A DNA stretch of 58,823 bases, filler included, from Sphacelaria rigidula (lineage: Eukaryota), in NCBI GenBank assembly GCA_964200075.2. It is 9 parts of 9 records of this genome, joined end to end, with 100 filler letters (N's around TTAATTAATTAA, not from the genome) between each part and the next. Parts side by side here need not be neighbours in the genome. Positions count along the whole stretch, not along the records: positions 6,548 to 12,994 come from CAXNAA020020011.1; positions 13,095 to 19,541 come from CAXNAA020020012.1; positions 19,642 to 26,088 come from CAXNAA020020013.1; 6 more parts are not named here. One strand, given 5' to 3'. The position numbers and the translations under genes were made by a program. Positions 10,001 through 22,005 of the stretch are shown here, in pieces. Under the pieces are notes generated by a model. It was not told the origin of the DNA. It was given only the letters and a program-made list of their open reading frames with translations, and made no database searches. Each line of letters starts with the position of its first letter. The stretch's first letter is position 1.

Positions 10001-11658
10001 TTTTATTTTTTCGCTGCCGAGGATACACGCCTACACTCCAGAACCCTCACACGTCGACGTGTGCATGTGTCTGAGTGGGTATTGTGCTACTTTATATCAG
10101 GTGTTTTGGTTTATCGAAAGTTTAACCAGAAATGTTTTTTTTTCTTCAAAATGTAAATCCCTGACCGAAAGTTTCGGTGCGAGTTCTCGCTCTATCCACT
10201 TTTTTTTTGGAATAAACGTTTGATGATCGTTTTGTTTGCTGTCGGGTGTCTGGCAAATCGAACGTTGCTGAGATCTCTCTCTCTATGAGGCATGTACAGT
10301 ACATACAGGATGATGCACCGCAACATATAATACGTTTCCAAATAGCTCGGCGGATGATTCCATTTAGATTTTCATCTCTTGGGCCTCGGTTGTGTGTTTT
10401 TGCCTGCCCCAAACATCATGTACCCTTATCAAGATTCCCAGCGATACCCATGTCCTCGTGTGCCTCGTCCTGCCTCCCTTGCCCTTGGCTGTCGCTGCAT
10501 CTGAAAATGTCGCTGTGACAAAAAATAAGACAAAAGTGCGTGCCAAACCACCGGATTTGTGTCACGTCGCGATTTTAATTCGACGCCCATAACGAGCGTA
10601 TATGTCGCTTCGTTTTGGTCGACTGTAGTAGAGCTGTTGTTGCTCTTGCTGTTGTTACTACGTAGTGTCTGTCGCTCGCTGAATGCTGGGTTTTTTTAGC
10701 TCGTTGTCAGCACTCTCACCCGTACTACAGTGCAACAGGTGTCCGATTTGCCGCCATAGTTATCGCACGATTGGAGAAGCGAGGGGGCTGGGGAGGAGGG
10801 TACGCATGATCTTGCATGTCGTAGTCGTGAGACCGTTGACCTCGCATCCCTACAAAGCCAGGATGCAGCACGCCAGATCAGGCTCGCAATAACCACGCGC
10901 GAAGCGCCGTGATGTGTCCGGCGAGTCTCATGAGAAGTGACCTGCTTACTGCTACGATTGTTAGGCCCGAGAGGGGGGCGGGGCGGGAGGGGGGGGAAGG
11001 GGGGGTTCTCATTAGTTGATCACCTTAGTGATTTGATCATTTACCACGCATCCCTTTCAAGACGGATCACCGTCACTACTCCGAATAGAGACACCTCCAG
11101 GATTTGGGCGCTTAGTGCGTTTCTGCCATAAATAAATTTTACAAGAACCTTTTACATCCCTTATCCCCTTCCTGTTTGTGGGGGGGGGAAGGGGGAGGGG
11201 GGTTCGAGTAATTTGTTTATGAACACCTTTAAAGTGAGAGTTGAAAGTGATGCTGCAAGCAGAAGAAAATCACTTGAAAATGCTCTCGAGTGCCAAGATT
11301 ACGCTCGTGTTCGCACCGTTCGAGGATCCTCGCATCCCGCACCTACGACAGCTGTATGACGCGTATGACAACATGTGTGGAGCACCAACTAACCACATCT
11401 TTTTGTCGTGCATGATGGACGTGTGATGTGTGATGTGTGATGGGTCACGACCAGGTGACGGACTTCGGCTTGTCACGATTCAAGGCCACATCAGTGTCGG
11501 AGAAGATGACGGGGCAAGCGGGAACGTACCATTGGATGGCGCCGGAGGTGATTAACAGCCAGCACTATACGGAGAAGGCGGACGTGTTTAGCTATGGCAT
11601 CATCCTGTGGGAGATTTTCACAAGAGCTATACCGTACGGAGGAATGCAACCCGTGCAG
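7036..11658 (+). CDS. Tyrosine-kinase-like (TKL, Raf/MLK-like) Ser/Thr protein kinase, partial; exons 7036-7212, 9020-9222, 9752-9896, 11455-11658
   Basis: GT-AG introns with compatible phases (0,2,0) join IGSGAFATVFRG (I), VAVKK (II), FKTECVLLSRLKHRNII (III-IV), HRDLKSLNVL (VIb), VTDFGLSR (VII), GTYHWMAPE (VIII) and DVFSYGIILWE (IX). Subdomains X-XI and probably the 5' exons lie outside the contig. Confidence 0.95.
7428..7543. mobile_element. Small palindromic MITE with CACACC(C/T)TGG termini; related copies at 20727-20867, ~24209-24378 and 46007-46155
   Basis: Inverted termini cacaccctgg...agggtgtg and internal caatag/ctattg symmetry are shared among copies on three contigs. Confidence 0.7.
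7890..8160 (+). repeat. Dispersed repeat headed by telomere-like (CCCTAA)n; copies at ~28623-28830 and inverted at ~30440-30533
   Basis: cctaaccataaccctaattctaaccctaacccaaggcac...ccccactagagatccggttctc..gttcacgctcaa matches 28623-28830. Confidence 0.7.
8165..8265. mobile_element. ~100-bp piggyBac-like MITE; copies at 46763-46866 and inverted at 47590-47684
   Basis: TTAA|CCCTTAGACCGCG...CCAAGGG|CTAA: CCC/GGG termini with TTAA-like flanks. The internal caagt.aaatt.atgccgattcaacag is shared between copies. Confidence 0.7.
10795..10970 (+). repeat. High-copy dispersed repeat; also inverted at ~12690-12965, ~26340-26470 and ~30020-30100, and as a tandem pair at ~25010-26060
   Basis: Shared core catgagaccattgacctcgcatccctacaaagccggg...accaagcgcgaagcgccgtgatgtgt..ggcgagtcgca...gattgttcggcccga. 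Confidence 0.85.
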
Positions 11659-13189
11659 GTAACTATTTCATGTCGGCGAGTGTAGGATCTTGCGTTGAGC
11701 ATAGATTCTCAAAATTTTGGTTACACCCTCGACGGCATGCCGTCAAAAAGTTACAAAATAAGATGTTGTACTGTACTGTACTGTGTAAGGTACAGATCTT
11801 TTGCATTCAAACGGTCGGACGTTGCATCCTGTTTTTTTATTTCTTGTTGGAGAACGCCGTGCGGCATGTAGATCGTTCCTTGTGTTTTGTGTTACTCGTC
11901 ATTCGAGAGAATCACCACTTTTTCATGGGGAGGTCATATGTACGTTCATGATCAATCCCCATTCCCCCGTCGCCAACCCCCATGGTTGACGCATCTCCCC
12001 TCTCCGCTTTTTTTTTTTTATCGAGAACGCTCAAGGTCAATCCTACCCCCAAATCCCAACACAAAGTAATGGGTGCTGAAGCAATCGGGTAAGACAAACG
12101 GGTGGGAAGAGGTAATGTAGAACCCAAAAATGAGTGCACCCGAAAAGATTCGAATTTAATGGTCCACCCTGAAATTCAATGTCATTTCAACGATGGATTT
12201 CGGCGTAGGGCCGGGAAAAACTCTCCTGCTCTTTTGGGATCTCGGCGTTGGGTTCACGCGGAATATAGGAATTTGGGCATCTTCATGTTGAGACCTGAGG
12301 TCTCGATGTAAAAGTACCAGAGAAAAAGTGCACTCAATCATCGTACGACTAAGCAATAGTTGAGGTATCGAACGGAACCTCGAAACGGCGCGCGGAAGAG
12401 CACTGAAAATCGTTGAGGTATGCGGAGTAGTAGTCGTTTTTTTTTTTTCGCGCTCTTGTGTAGGCTGTGTTCTCCCTTGCATTCGGGGTGTCCCCTGATC
12501 ACACTTTCTTACGGAGAAGAAACAAATCATGTGAGACGACATCTGCGAAAGATTTCGACCGTCTCCCACATGTCTCCATTTCGACTTGGAGTTTTTTGGC
12601 ATGTGGGCGCAAGAACCTCGACTCCACGCGAAGGGGATGACCATACTATGAGGTGTTTGATTGGTGAGGCACCCACGAGGCAGTGTGCAAGCAGTGGCTG
12701 CCTCTGGAAGTGACGATATCAGAAAATGAAGCATCTCATTGAAGGCTGTCATTCAAATGTAAGATAATCGGTACGCTTCGGGCCGAACAATCTCAGCAGG
12801 ATGTAGCTCACCCTTCATGCGACTCGCCGAGCACACCACCGTGCTTCGTGCTCGGTGATTGATTGCGAGCCTAGTCCAGCAAAAACTCAGCGTGCTCCGT
12901 CCCGGCTTTGTAGGGATGCGAGATGAATAGTCTCATGACTATGGCATGCAAAATCATGAGTACTCCACCGGCCCCCCCCGCCCCCCACACCCCCNNNNNN
13001 NNNNNNNNNNNNNNNNNNNNNNNNNNNNNNNNNNNNNNTTAATTAATTAANNNNNNNNNNNNNNNNNNNNNNNNNNNNNNNNNNNNNNNNNNNNGATCTT
13101 GACACACTTATGAGCCTCTTTTTTCGTGCAACCAAATTCCCCCCCCCTATCGTAGGATGACTCTCATCAGGATCTCGAAGCGGTCGTCA

Positions 13190-16100
13190 CGGCTCTCGGG
13201 GCCGTGCCAACCATGGGCGCGGCCGCGGCGGCCGCGGTAGCAAGCAATCGGCGGCGGATGGTGGTTCCTCCATTGCTGTTGCTTCCACTACGTCATCAGG
13301 TGGTGACTCTGGATCTTCTGGTTCGTCCGTGTCGAGGCGGACAGTGTACGTGGGAATTGCAAATACTTCGGTTGGGAGTGCTGGAGCGAATAGTTCGCAA
13401 CCCCTCGGCCAGGCAGGATCCGTGTCTGGTGCGTCTCCTACTGCTGCGACGGCTGTAACTGCGCCGTCTGCATATTTGGTGACGTGGTCTGGTTGAATCG
13501 CCGGCGTCAGGTGACTCTTGGCACCGATCAGGGTTCTTCGGCAGGTGTGAACCCGTTGATCGCAAGGCAGATTGTTTACGCGCAGATCGTTCCTTGCCTG
13601 GTCCCGTAGGTTCGTTCATGGCCCGCGTTATTCTGGATTATGGGTCCGCGCTCACGTCGATCGGTGTGGGGTTGCTAAAACAAATGTCTTCGAAATTTGG
13701 CGGCGCTCAGCTGCAGATTCCGTTCGAAAATAGACCGCAAACGGCACAGACCGCCACGGGTGCTCCCATGACGGCTGCACATAAGATGGTGCCGATTGCT
13801 GTTAGCGTGCGTACGCCGTGGGGGGGCTGTGGAGTTGCAGCCCATCTCGTTCGCTGTCATGCCCGGCAGGGACAACATGGTTTTGGATGTGATGGCTAGG
13901 ATGAAGGAGGTCGGAATTGTTTTGTATCCGCTTGCGTTGGAAAAGTTACGCCCGCGTGCTGTGTCGGTGCAAACCGGCATGGAAACCCCCAGCTATCTTG
14001 CTGCGAGGCGTGTGACCGTATCTATACGGTCGTTCCAGAGCGCCAATGAGGAGGAGGCTCCTGCGGATGAAGCGGTGGAGCGCTTGGTCGATCGGGGGTC
14101 CGACATGTTCATGGATCCTGCGGAGGAGAGAGGTGCCAGAGAACGTGCGCTAGAGGATAGCGTGCAACAGGCCGAGCAGAAGGGACTGAGCGCCGATGGC
14201 GCATATCGTCTGCGTGATATTTTGACTCGTCGCGCGGATTCCTTTCGTCTTGCGCTGCGTGGTGACCCGCCAGCGCGCGTAGAGCCCATAAGGGTGCAAT
14301 TCAAGCCACAGACAAAGGCTGTGAAGGCCAAGCCCAGACGCTACGATCCGGTGAAGACCGGGTGGCTTGGTTCATGAATCGCAGCTTTGGTGTCGTTTGG
14401 TTTTGTGGTTAGGAACATTCAAGCTGTGTGGGCGAGTCCGGCGATGGCGGTGCCGAAACGGGACACATTCCCTTTGGTCAGCGACTATCAGGCGGTCAAC
14501 GCGCAAGTGGAACAGTCTCCGGGGGTGATGCCAAGCAAAGAAGACATGCGGGAATTGCTGGGAGCCCAATGCTTCGGCAAGTGGACCTGCTCCAGGGGTA
14601 CTGGCAGATGCCCCTGGCGCCGGAAGCTCAGAAGGTCTTCACAATCGTCACGCCTGACGGTTTGTTTACGCCCACTCGTGTCCCGCAGGGCGTGTCGGAC
14701 GCCACGGCGTATTTCCAAGGTGTGCTGCCTGATATTTTTCGAGGTCTAGACTGTAACGTGTGGGTGGATGACCATTCTTATTTTGCTGATACTGAAGAAG
14801 CATTGTCAGCTTCGCTTGACGAAATGTTCGGCCACTTGGAAGGTGTTGGTCTGTTCGTCGCTGCGTATAAGTGCACCTTTTTCGCCCGCGAAGTGATTTG
14901 GTGTGGTAAGGTGTACTCCAAGGATACTGTTCCGCATGATCCCGTCCGCATCCAAAATTCGAGCAATATGCGACGTCCTCAAACAGTAGTGAGCTGATGC
15001 AGTTTCTGCAGGTGGTGAATTGGTAGCGGACTTCGCTCCCCCGCATGGCAGAAGAAGTTGCTCCGCTTCGTGTGTATTTGAAACAACTTACGGTCAGGGC
15101 TTCGTGTCAGACCAAGCGGGTGGCGCGTGATCGTATCATCCTGGAGGACGCTTGGACGGAGGATCGTGTGCGGGCATGGCGTGCTGCGCAAGATTTGGTG
15201 GCGTAAGCGGTGCCGCTGTATCATCCTCGTCCAGGGTGCGTCGTTATGATGTTCGCGGATGCTTCGGATTTCCACTGGGGTAGGTTTTGAACCCAAGTGC
15301 CTGTCGCCGAGTTTAGTTGTGGCATTGCGCTCGAAAACATGTCACACGAACCGTTGGTGTTTCTGAGTGGTAGATTTAAGGATTCACAGTTGCGGTGAGC
15401 GACAGTGGACAAAGAAGATTTCGCGATAGTCAACACATTTCGGAGGCTACAGTACTTGCTTTGGGGTGGACTGCTGCCGAGATAGCCCCCCCCCGAACCG
15501 GCCAAAACGTGCACGGAGGCGATGATCATAAACGCCGTTAGAGCTGGTTTCGAGCTACACGACGCGACGCATTTGGGCGTTATAGCTGATTTCGGACTGC
15601 TACACGCCTCTCATATGGGTGAAATCGCCGCAGACGAGCCCAATAGTGGGATCACAGCCGGTTTATCGGACAGTCTCCGGTGCACGTTTTGTGGGGGGCT
15701 TCCTCGGTATTAGTCGGTGGTGCTCGCATTTTCACCGATTATCGCAATCTGAAATACATTTTTAACCCCGAAGAGTGTGTCACATCAGTGACGAAGGCCA
15801 TGGCACAACGGCTTGAAATTGGAAAGGAGTGCTCGGCCGATATCGGTATGCCATTGAACATATTCCTGGAGAGCGCAAGTGTTGGGGAGGTTCGTTGTCT
15901 CCCTGGGTAAAGGTTCCAACCGTGCCTGTTCGTTCTGTTGCCGTATACAGCCCGTGTGATGCCGATGATTCGCTGCCCTAGTTAGATGTCATTCGTACAA
16001 CGCAGCGCATAACAGTCGGCGACGGTGTTCATCCTTTTCCTACGACTTTCGGTCAAGCTGCTTTGGCTGACGATGGTTTGTTCGCGTGCGTGTTGGCAGT

Positions 16101-17550
16101 AGTGATGTCTTGTGGATTCCGTCGGATGATGAGGCTCTACAAACTCGCTTGATGGTGTGTGCTTACATGCGGTCGGCTGGTCACCGTGGTGTGGCGCCGA
16201 CTCTGTTTTGTTTCAAAGAATACTGTGTGTGGCCTCACATGGATTCCCATGTTCGCGAGTTCGTTTGCCAGTGTTTGCATTGTGTCGATACTCGTGCTGG
16301 TGCGATTGTACCTCGTCCGTATGGCGATACTGTGAATGGTAGAGCGCCAGGCGAAGTTGTTTACTTTGATTTTCTGTACCTCGTAAGTAGCGGATTTGAA
16401 GATGCTAATGATTTTCCTGATGAGGATGGTTTTCGGTACGTTTTGGTTATCATGGATGATTTGTCCAATTGCCGACCGACGCTTGCACCGCCGAGGTTAC
16501 GGCTAAGCACTTGCTCCCTTGGTGCAAGATTTTGGGGGTGCCGCGTGTTTGGGCTGGTGATACCGCTGCGCACTTCAAGAACCGAGTAACCACGCAGCTG
16601 AGCGACGCGCTCAAGATACAGCACCAATGCGCTGTTGTGTGTACCCCTTGGTCGAATTGTGCTTGTGAACGCATGGTAAAAGAGGTTGTTCGTGCGTTGC
16701 GGTCCATTTTGTCGGAACAGAGACGGCCGGTGTCTGAATGGGTTGATGTTTTGCCAGCCGGTCAGTGGGCGCTGAATACTTTTTTTCGCGAACGCTATCG
16801 TAACACTCCGTATTGTGTAATGTTTGGGCGTGCGCCGCGTACAGCGTTTTCCGTGCTGGCCTCCGTCTCTGGCGGCGAGTGGAACGTCGATGCCATAGAT
16901 GCTGATTTGTTGCGTGACAAGATTCGAGGCGGGGTTGAAGAGCAAGTGCGGTTTTGTAACGAAGTGCAAGCTGCTGTCGCGGTGCCTCGCAAAACCAAAC
17001 GCAAGCTTGCTCAGGGCCAGGCTGTGGGTCCCAAGTTTGCCGTTAGAGATTTCGTCTTGTATGCCGGTGTTCGTAGACAAGATGTGACGCCAAAGTTGAT
17101 GTCCACATGGACAGGTCCGTGGCGAGTGGTCGCAGCCGATTACGCTCACGTGTATTTGGTGCAGAACATTGTTCCTGGCGCCGTGCACTCGGCCCATGTC
17201 GCTTGTTTAGGTTTCTATGCTGACTCGTAGATGCACATCACTGCGGAACTGAAGTATGTATTTCAGCGTTCGTATGCTCAAGGTGAATGTCGAATGAATG
17301 CTTTGGTGGACGTCGCTGAGGATGACAATGGTGATGTCATTGTTTTGGTCGATTGGGAAGGATTCGGTGCTGAAGAATGCACGTGGGAGTCTCTTCGCAA
17401 GATTCGTTCTCCTGCGCCTGAATTTGGTTTGAAGGAATTGCGGAAACTGCGGTTGACAAGTAAATTAGCGTCCGAGTATGGTGTCTCTTTGCGATCTGAC
17501 CCACGCGATTTCGCCTTGGTTTTCGTTGGTTGTCGAGCTCGTTCGTAAGT
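13190..17550 (+). mobile_element. Degenerate Ty3/Gypsy LTR retrotransposon pol region (protease, RT, RNase H, integrase, chromodomain); chromovirus-like
   Basis: Protease-like VILDYGS. RT motifs WASPAMAVPK, DLLQGYWQ, TRVPQG and VWVDD. RNase H MFADASDFHWG...FTDYRNL. Integrase H..GHRG..CLHC, FDFLY..MDD, ACERMVKEV and WTGPWRV. Chromodomain VLVDWEGFGAEECTWESL. The domain order is Gypsy-type, with many stops and frameshifts. LTRs and gag were not identified. Confidence 0.95.
15469..15715. mobile_element. 247-bp MITE with 4-bp TSD (GGTG) inserted in the Gypsy RNase H
   Basis: Imperfect TIRs gactgctgccgagatagcccccc..caaaacgtgcacggag and ctccggtgcacgttttgtggggggcttcctcggtattagtc. GGTG lies at 15465-15468 and 15716-15719. 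Removing the element and one TSD restores YLLWGGARIFTD. Confidence 0.9.
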
Positions 17551-19650
17551 CTTGAACTCGCTTTGAGGGTGCTGTAGTCGAATGATACCAAGCCGTAAGT
17601 TTCGGTATAATCGCATGCACGGTTGGAGCAGAAGCAGGGGACAGGGGATTCTGGATTGATGGACCTTTTCTGTGCGCCCCCTTGCTATCTAGCTCGTGAT
17701 CTGTTGAGGATCACTCCGAGACAATAACAAGTTAGAAGGAGGGACTTGTCGAGCACGAGGCCAGTGCTACTGGAGGAGTCCTTGATTGGAAGTTCTCTTG
17801 TCCAGATCGTCTGGCAGAGGCTACACGGCCCGGACGTGGATAATTTTTCGCCCTTATCCCCATGTGCTGCCAGCCAATGCTTTCTCGTTTCCATCCTCCG
17901 CTCCTCACGGAGGGTCTCTGCTGATGCAGGCTACAGATAAATGATTTTCGAATCGCTCACTGCTTTGCATGGGAATTTCACGTCATTTGAGCCTGTCCGC
18001 ACCTCAACGTAAGGGGTGACAGTTCTTTCAACTATCCAGGTTTTTTCAAGGAAAACAACCCAAGTACTGTGATATTTCTCGCCGCCGCGTAACCCGGGGG
18101 CGAGGGGAGGGGGGGGGGGGAATGGCGTCTTCGCCTATTCACTGGGAAAACATCCGTGTATTGCTCGCTGACGTGGCTAGCTTCGTACTGCACACCCACA
18201 GTCGGCAGTCAACTGTTCTGCCCCGACAGTAGCATGTGCACAATTTGAGGCACAGAGCTCACAGATAGGGGCAAGGAATATGAGAGGCAAGATTTTTCGA
18301 TCCATCAAATTCTTTCAAATACGAATGTGCGACTACCTTTCACCGATCAAATGAGGAAAACGAGCGGTATTTCGTGTGACAAAATGCTTGTATTGGCCCA
18401 AACATTGCGCCGCTGCGAGTCAGACAGCTGCTACCATCGATCGCTGGGGATACGGCAACTCCGTGCTGGCTCAGTTTGTTTGCCCCAACCTACACGCACC
18501 CGCCTGGTGCGTCTTCTACGATCACAGCTCCCGCCTACAACTGAAGTACCGCCGGAGACGCAACGAACAGCTGCACAGCCGTCACGTAATCGTTTCAACT
18601 CTTGTGTAGATAGCACTTTGATCCCAATCCAAGTCTGTGGAGAGCGAAACACGGCATACAATTGTACGACTGTTCAGGCACTCTCCAGCGCACATTAAAT
18701 AATGCTTGTCGTAAAGTGTGAAGGGCACAACGGCAAAGCGACAACTACAGCATAGAATTGATGGGTTTGGGAAGCGCCTTATTCATTTGACGAAAGACGA
18801 ACCAACCAACACACACACACTATAAAGGTTTCAACAGTGCGTATACAGCACTGCAGCACCGACCAACATCATTTTCTCCCTCAGTTATGTAAAGACGAAC
18901 GCGATGGCAGTAAGGTAACTCAAGCACTCCCAGCGGAGCCCAAACAGTCTTCGCAAAAGTCTGAACACACCATAGCGCAATGACAGTTACAGCACATGAG
19001 AGAAGGCGCGAGTGTGTTTACGCTTCAGCACCGTGAGACAGGATATGTCCCGTGTGATGGTTCGCCTACTGCTTTCAGACGGATACTCAATTTTTGCGGA
19101 GTGCCGATTTTCCAACGCCCGGCCATAATTGTGCTCGCGCGAAAATCATTGAATTCACTTCGAGTTACCTCCATTTATTGGAGGTGAGCCCGTTATAAAG
19201 CCTCGAGACGTGCATGGTATTGCCAACGCCCCATGTGAACCCGGACGTGTTAGTCAAAGAGGACATAATGTCGATATCCCGCTACCCTTTCAGGTGTTGA
19301 CAACCTGTACTAAGCGACTGGCGACATTACCATTGAGCAAAGGAAGGCGTTCTGAAGCCACCGAAGCTTGTTTTCTGGGATGCAGGTGCAGCAGTCCAAA
19401 CGGCATTTGCTACATCGGTCTGTTCGCTGTCGACACACGGAACAGACAGGTGAGAGAGTAGGTTCTCCGGCAGCGCAGCCGCTGCACTCTTGCTCCCGCC
19501 AACCCACGGGCCGCGCCACCCCCCCAGCGAAAGACACCCTANNNNNNNNNNNNNNNNNNNNNNNNNNNNNNNNNNNNNNNNNNNNTTAATTAATTAANNN
19601 NNNNNNNNNNNNNNNNNNNNNNNNNNNNNNNNNNNNNNNNNAAAAACGTT

Positions 19651-19992
19651 TCACCGCCTCTCTGTACGAAGACCCCGCCCCCCCCGCCCACTCCCTTGCC
19701 CTCCACCTTCACCCCTGCCCCCATTTCCCACCCCACCCCGCGGCTGCCCAAACACACCACTGCGCCGTGAATCTCCCGTTCCCCCTCTGCCACCTCTACC
19801 ACTAGATCTCCCTCCACGCCTCCCCTCCCCCCGACCCGAAACAGGAGCACCCCCTCTTCCGCGTCCACGGCCCCCACCCCCCCTCCCCCTTCCCTGGGGT
19901 GTGTCGCCGGATGGTCCCCACCGGTGGTAAGTGCTTTTGGGTCTATTGCGCACCTTCGGGGGTAATGGTTTCAAGCCTTCGAGCCCCATCGA
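19651..19992 (-). CDS. Probable terminal exon encoding an RGG/GAR-rich tail of an RNA-binding protein (possibly a DEAD-box helicase)
   Basis: A cag acceptor at 19995-19993 is followed by SMGLEGLKPLPPKVRNRPK...GRGRGGGGRGRGRGG...RGGRGLRTERR* (stop 19653-19651). Upstream exons were not identified. Confidence 0.5.
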   Translation of the reverse strand, partial: SMGLEGLKPLPPKVRNRPKSTYHRWGPSGDTPQGRGRGGGGRGRGRGGAPVSGRGEGRRGGRSSGRGGRGGTGDSRRSGVFGQPRGGVGNGGRGEGGGQGSGRGGRGLRTERR

Positions 19993-20499
19993 CTGAGAAT
20001 CAATCGCGCGCATTACCAACACAAACGGGTGGGTCCGGGCAAAAGAGGCGGGGGGCGTTAGGGGGGGGGGGGTCAGAGCAGAGATGCTGAGATCCGCGCG
20101 CGTGATAGAGGGCAGAGTACATTCTGCAGACGGTAGTGTACATCATTTTGCCAGTACGCGCTGCCCTCTTTATCCAAATGCAAAAGCAACTGCTTCAACA
20201 AGACAGCTCTGAATAACAAAAAAAAAAGGACTCGAGACCATCATTGTCGAGAGCAGTCGTGAGTATACACACGCATATATATATATATGTATACCACAAG
20301 CATAACATTTCTCTTTCTATTTTGAGAAAAATGAACATGCAAAAAAAAAAATGCCGCAACAACCGGGTACACCAAAAATGTGTCATTTGTGCAATCTATC
20401 TATCTATGGGTATAGATTGTGCTATAGTAGTACGTGTTGGTTCAGTCACTTGAAAGGCGTCCATTGTTTTTTTCTAGTTTTTATCCTTGAGGATAGAAA

Positions 20500-20710
20500 G
20501 GAACCTCTGCCAAACATTTACTCCGCAACCGGGTTCGCGTGCCGATTACCCGTAAGCTCGGCTAGACCGCCTCGCGGCATTCATGTGGGGTAGGCGCCCG
20601 GAGCGTTCGCAAGTTTTGCTCAAGGCCGTGCGGGAGTCCGACCTACTAAAACCTCCGGTCGAGTTGGCGCAGTGGACGCGCCGCGCTACTCTCAAGAGCT
20701 TCGGCCCTAG
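20500..20710 (+). repeat. Dispersed repeat (SINE-like); copies at ~47832-47990 and ~53140-53350
   Basis: Shared gtgccgattacccg.a.gctcggctagac...gggtaggcgcc...cgttcgc.ag.tttgctcaagg...ccgacctac. Confidence 0.8.
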
Positions 20711-21729
20711 CGGAAGACGTCTGCTGCACACTCTGGACAAAAGAATACACAGTCAAAACGTGTACTGCGTACAGTATCGACTATTGCGCCTATTATTGAA
20801 ACAGACAACAGATTCCATACTGTACGCAATACAATTCTTGACAATAGAATCTATTCTCCAGGGTGTGGGGTAATGTGACGAAGCGTCCTTCGAGCGCGTT
20901 GGCGTAGGCCCTGGCCGATCAAGCACACCTTACTTGTTGCCTGAGGGCCCCATTTCAGAAAGGGGTTGCCTGAGACGCGGTGTTTGATCGTCGAGTATGC
21001 CTTGTTTGCGCCAGGCGAACACTTATACCACAGACATGAATGGAGGTAAGTAAGGCACGCCCATGACGACGCAAACTCCGATTATTGGGGATACCAGGAA
21101 GATACTGGGAAAAAATTGTCTCAAGCAAGTCTAAGGCATTCCTTTTTATGACCTAACGCATCTCAGGCATGGATTTAAATCAGGCATGAAAATGGGTGTC
21201 AGGCATGAACATGGGTGTCAGGCATGCCCAAGTGTTTGCCTGACCCCGTCTTTTCTCGCCTGCGGCGGGCCTGACACTTTCACCTGAGGCACGCCTTCGG
21301 CGTGCCTGATCGCCCAGGGCCCATATTGGAGTGTGCTTTCCACCCCTACTACAGTACGGTATGGCACCTCCCCCGAAACGATTTTGCGCTGAGATGTAGA
21401 CCCAACTTCTTGCTAACCGACGCTTAAGGATATATTCCCATCTGTTCGGGTATCAGAGCTAAGGAAACGATGGGGGAAAAAAAAAAAGTCACGGTCCCCG
21501 TTGATGAGATGTTGATCACGTTTTTGTCTGAGTACCGATTTCGCCGAGTGCGTGTAGAGGCAGAACTGTAGTACTCCTGGACACACACACATACACACAC
21601 AAAAAAAAGCTCGTGATTTTCCGTTGGGCCAGGCGACATGAATCTGTGCTACCAAGAGTAATACTGCTCGACTGACTGATTTATCGGTGGATTGTTTGGA
21701 GGTCGTACATTTTCAGAGTGTTAACCAAA

Positions 21730-22005
21730 CAAGGGTCGGACAAATAAAGACTCGTCTGGAAATTACTTGGTTTTAGTATAATTGATTAGACTCGAACGAA
21801 TCAATCAATCCCTAGGCTTTGTTTTCAGCGTTGCAAGCCAGGTACACGCAGCCCAGACACGTGGAATGGCGCAAAAGTTGCGTGGATACCCCTTGGACCA
21901 GCGGTCAACTTTTTTCNNNNNNNNNNTTTTTCTCCCTTTTGGGCAATCAGGCAGAAGAAATCGTGAACTTGGTGATTCGTACTCGTGATGATTCGTCCTA
22001 ACGGT
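21730..22005. repeat. Dispersed repeat; inverted copy at ~48403-48660
   Basis: cccagacacgtggaatggcgcaaaagttgcgtggataccccttggaccagcggtcaactt is the exact reverse complement of the corresponding stretch at ~48481-48540. Confidence 0.9.

Noticed and set aside
16361..17197. 278-aa minus-strand ORF
   Set aside because: It is antisense to the Gypsy integrase.
7036..17550. Kinase gene disrupted by, or linked to, the Gypsy element
   Set aside because: They are on different contigs separated by an artificial spacer.
17550..18125. 3' LTR and polypurine tract of the Gypsy element
   Set aside because: Purine runs exist, but there is no second LTR copy or clear TG...CA boundary to confirm them.
18424..18585. 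Possible exon TAATIDRWGYGNSVLAQFVCPNLHAPAWCVFY...
   Set aside because: Splice-like ends exist, but I recognised no homology and found no partner exon.
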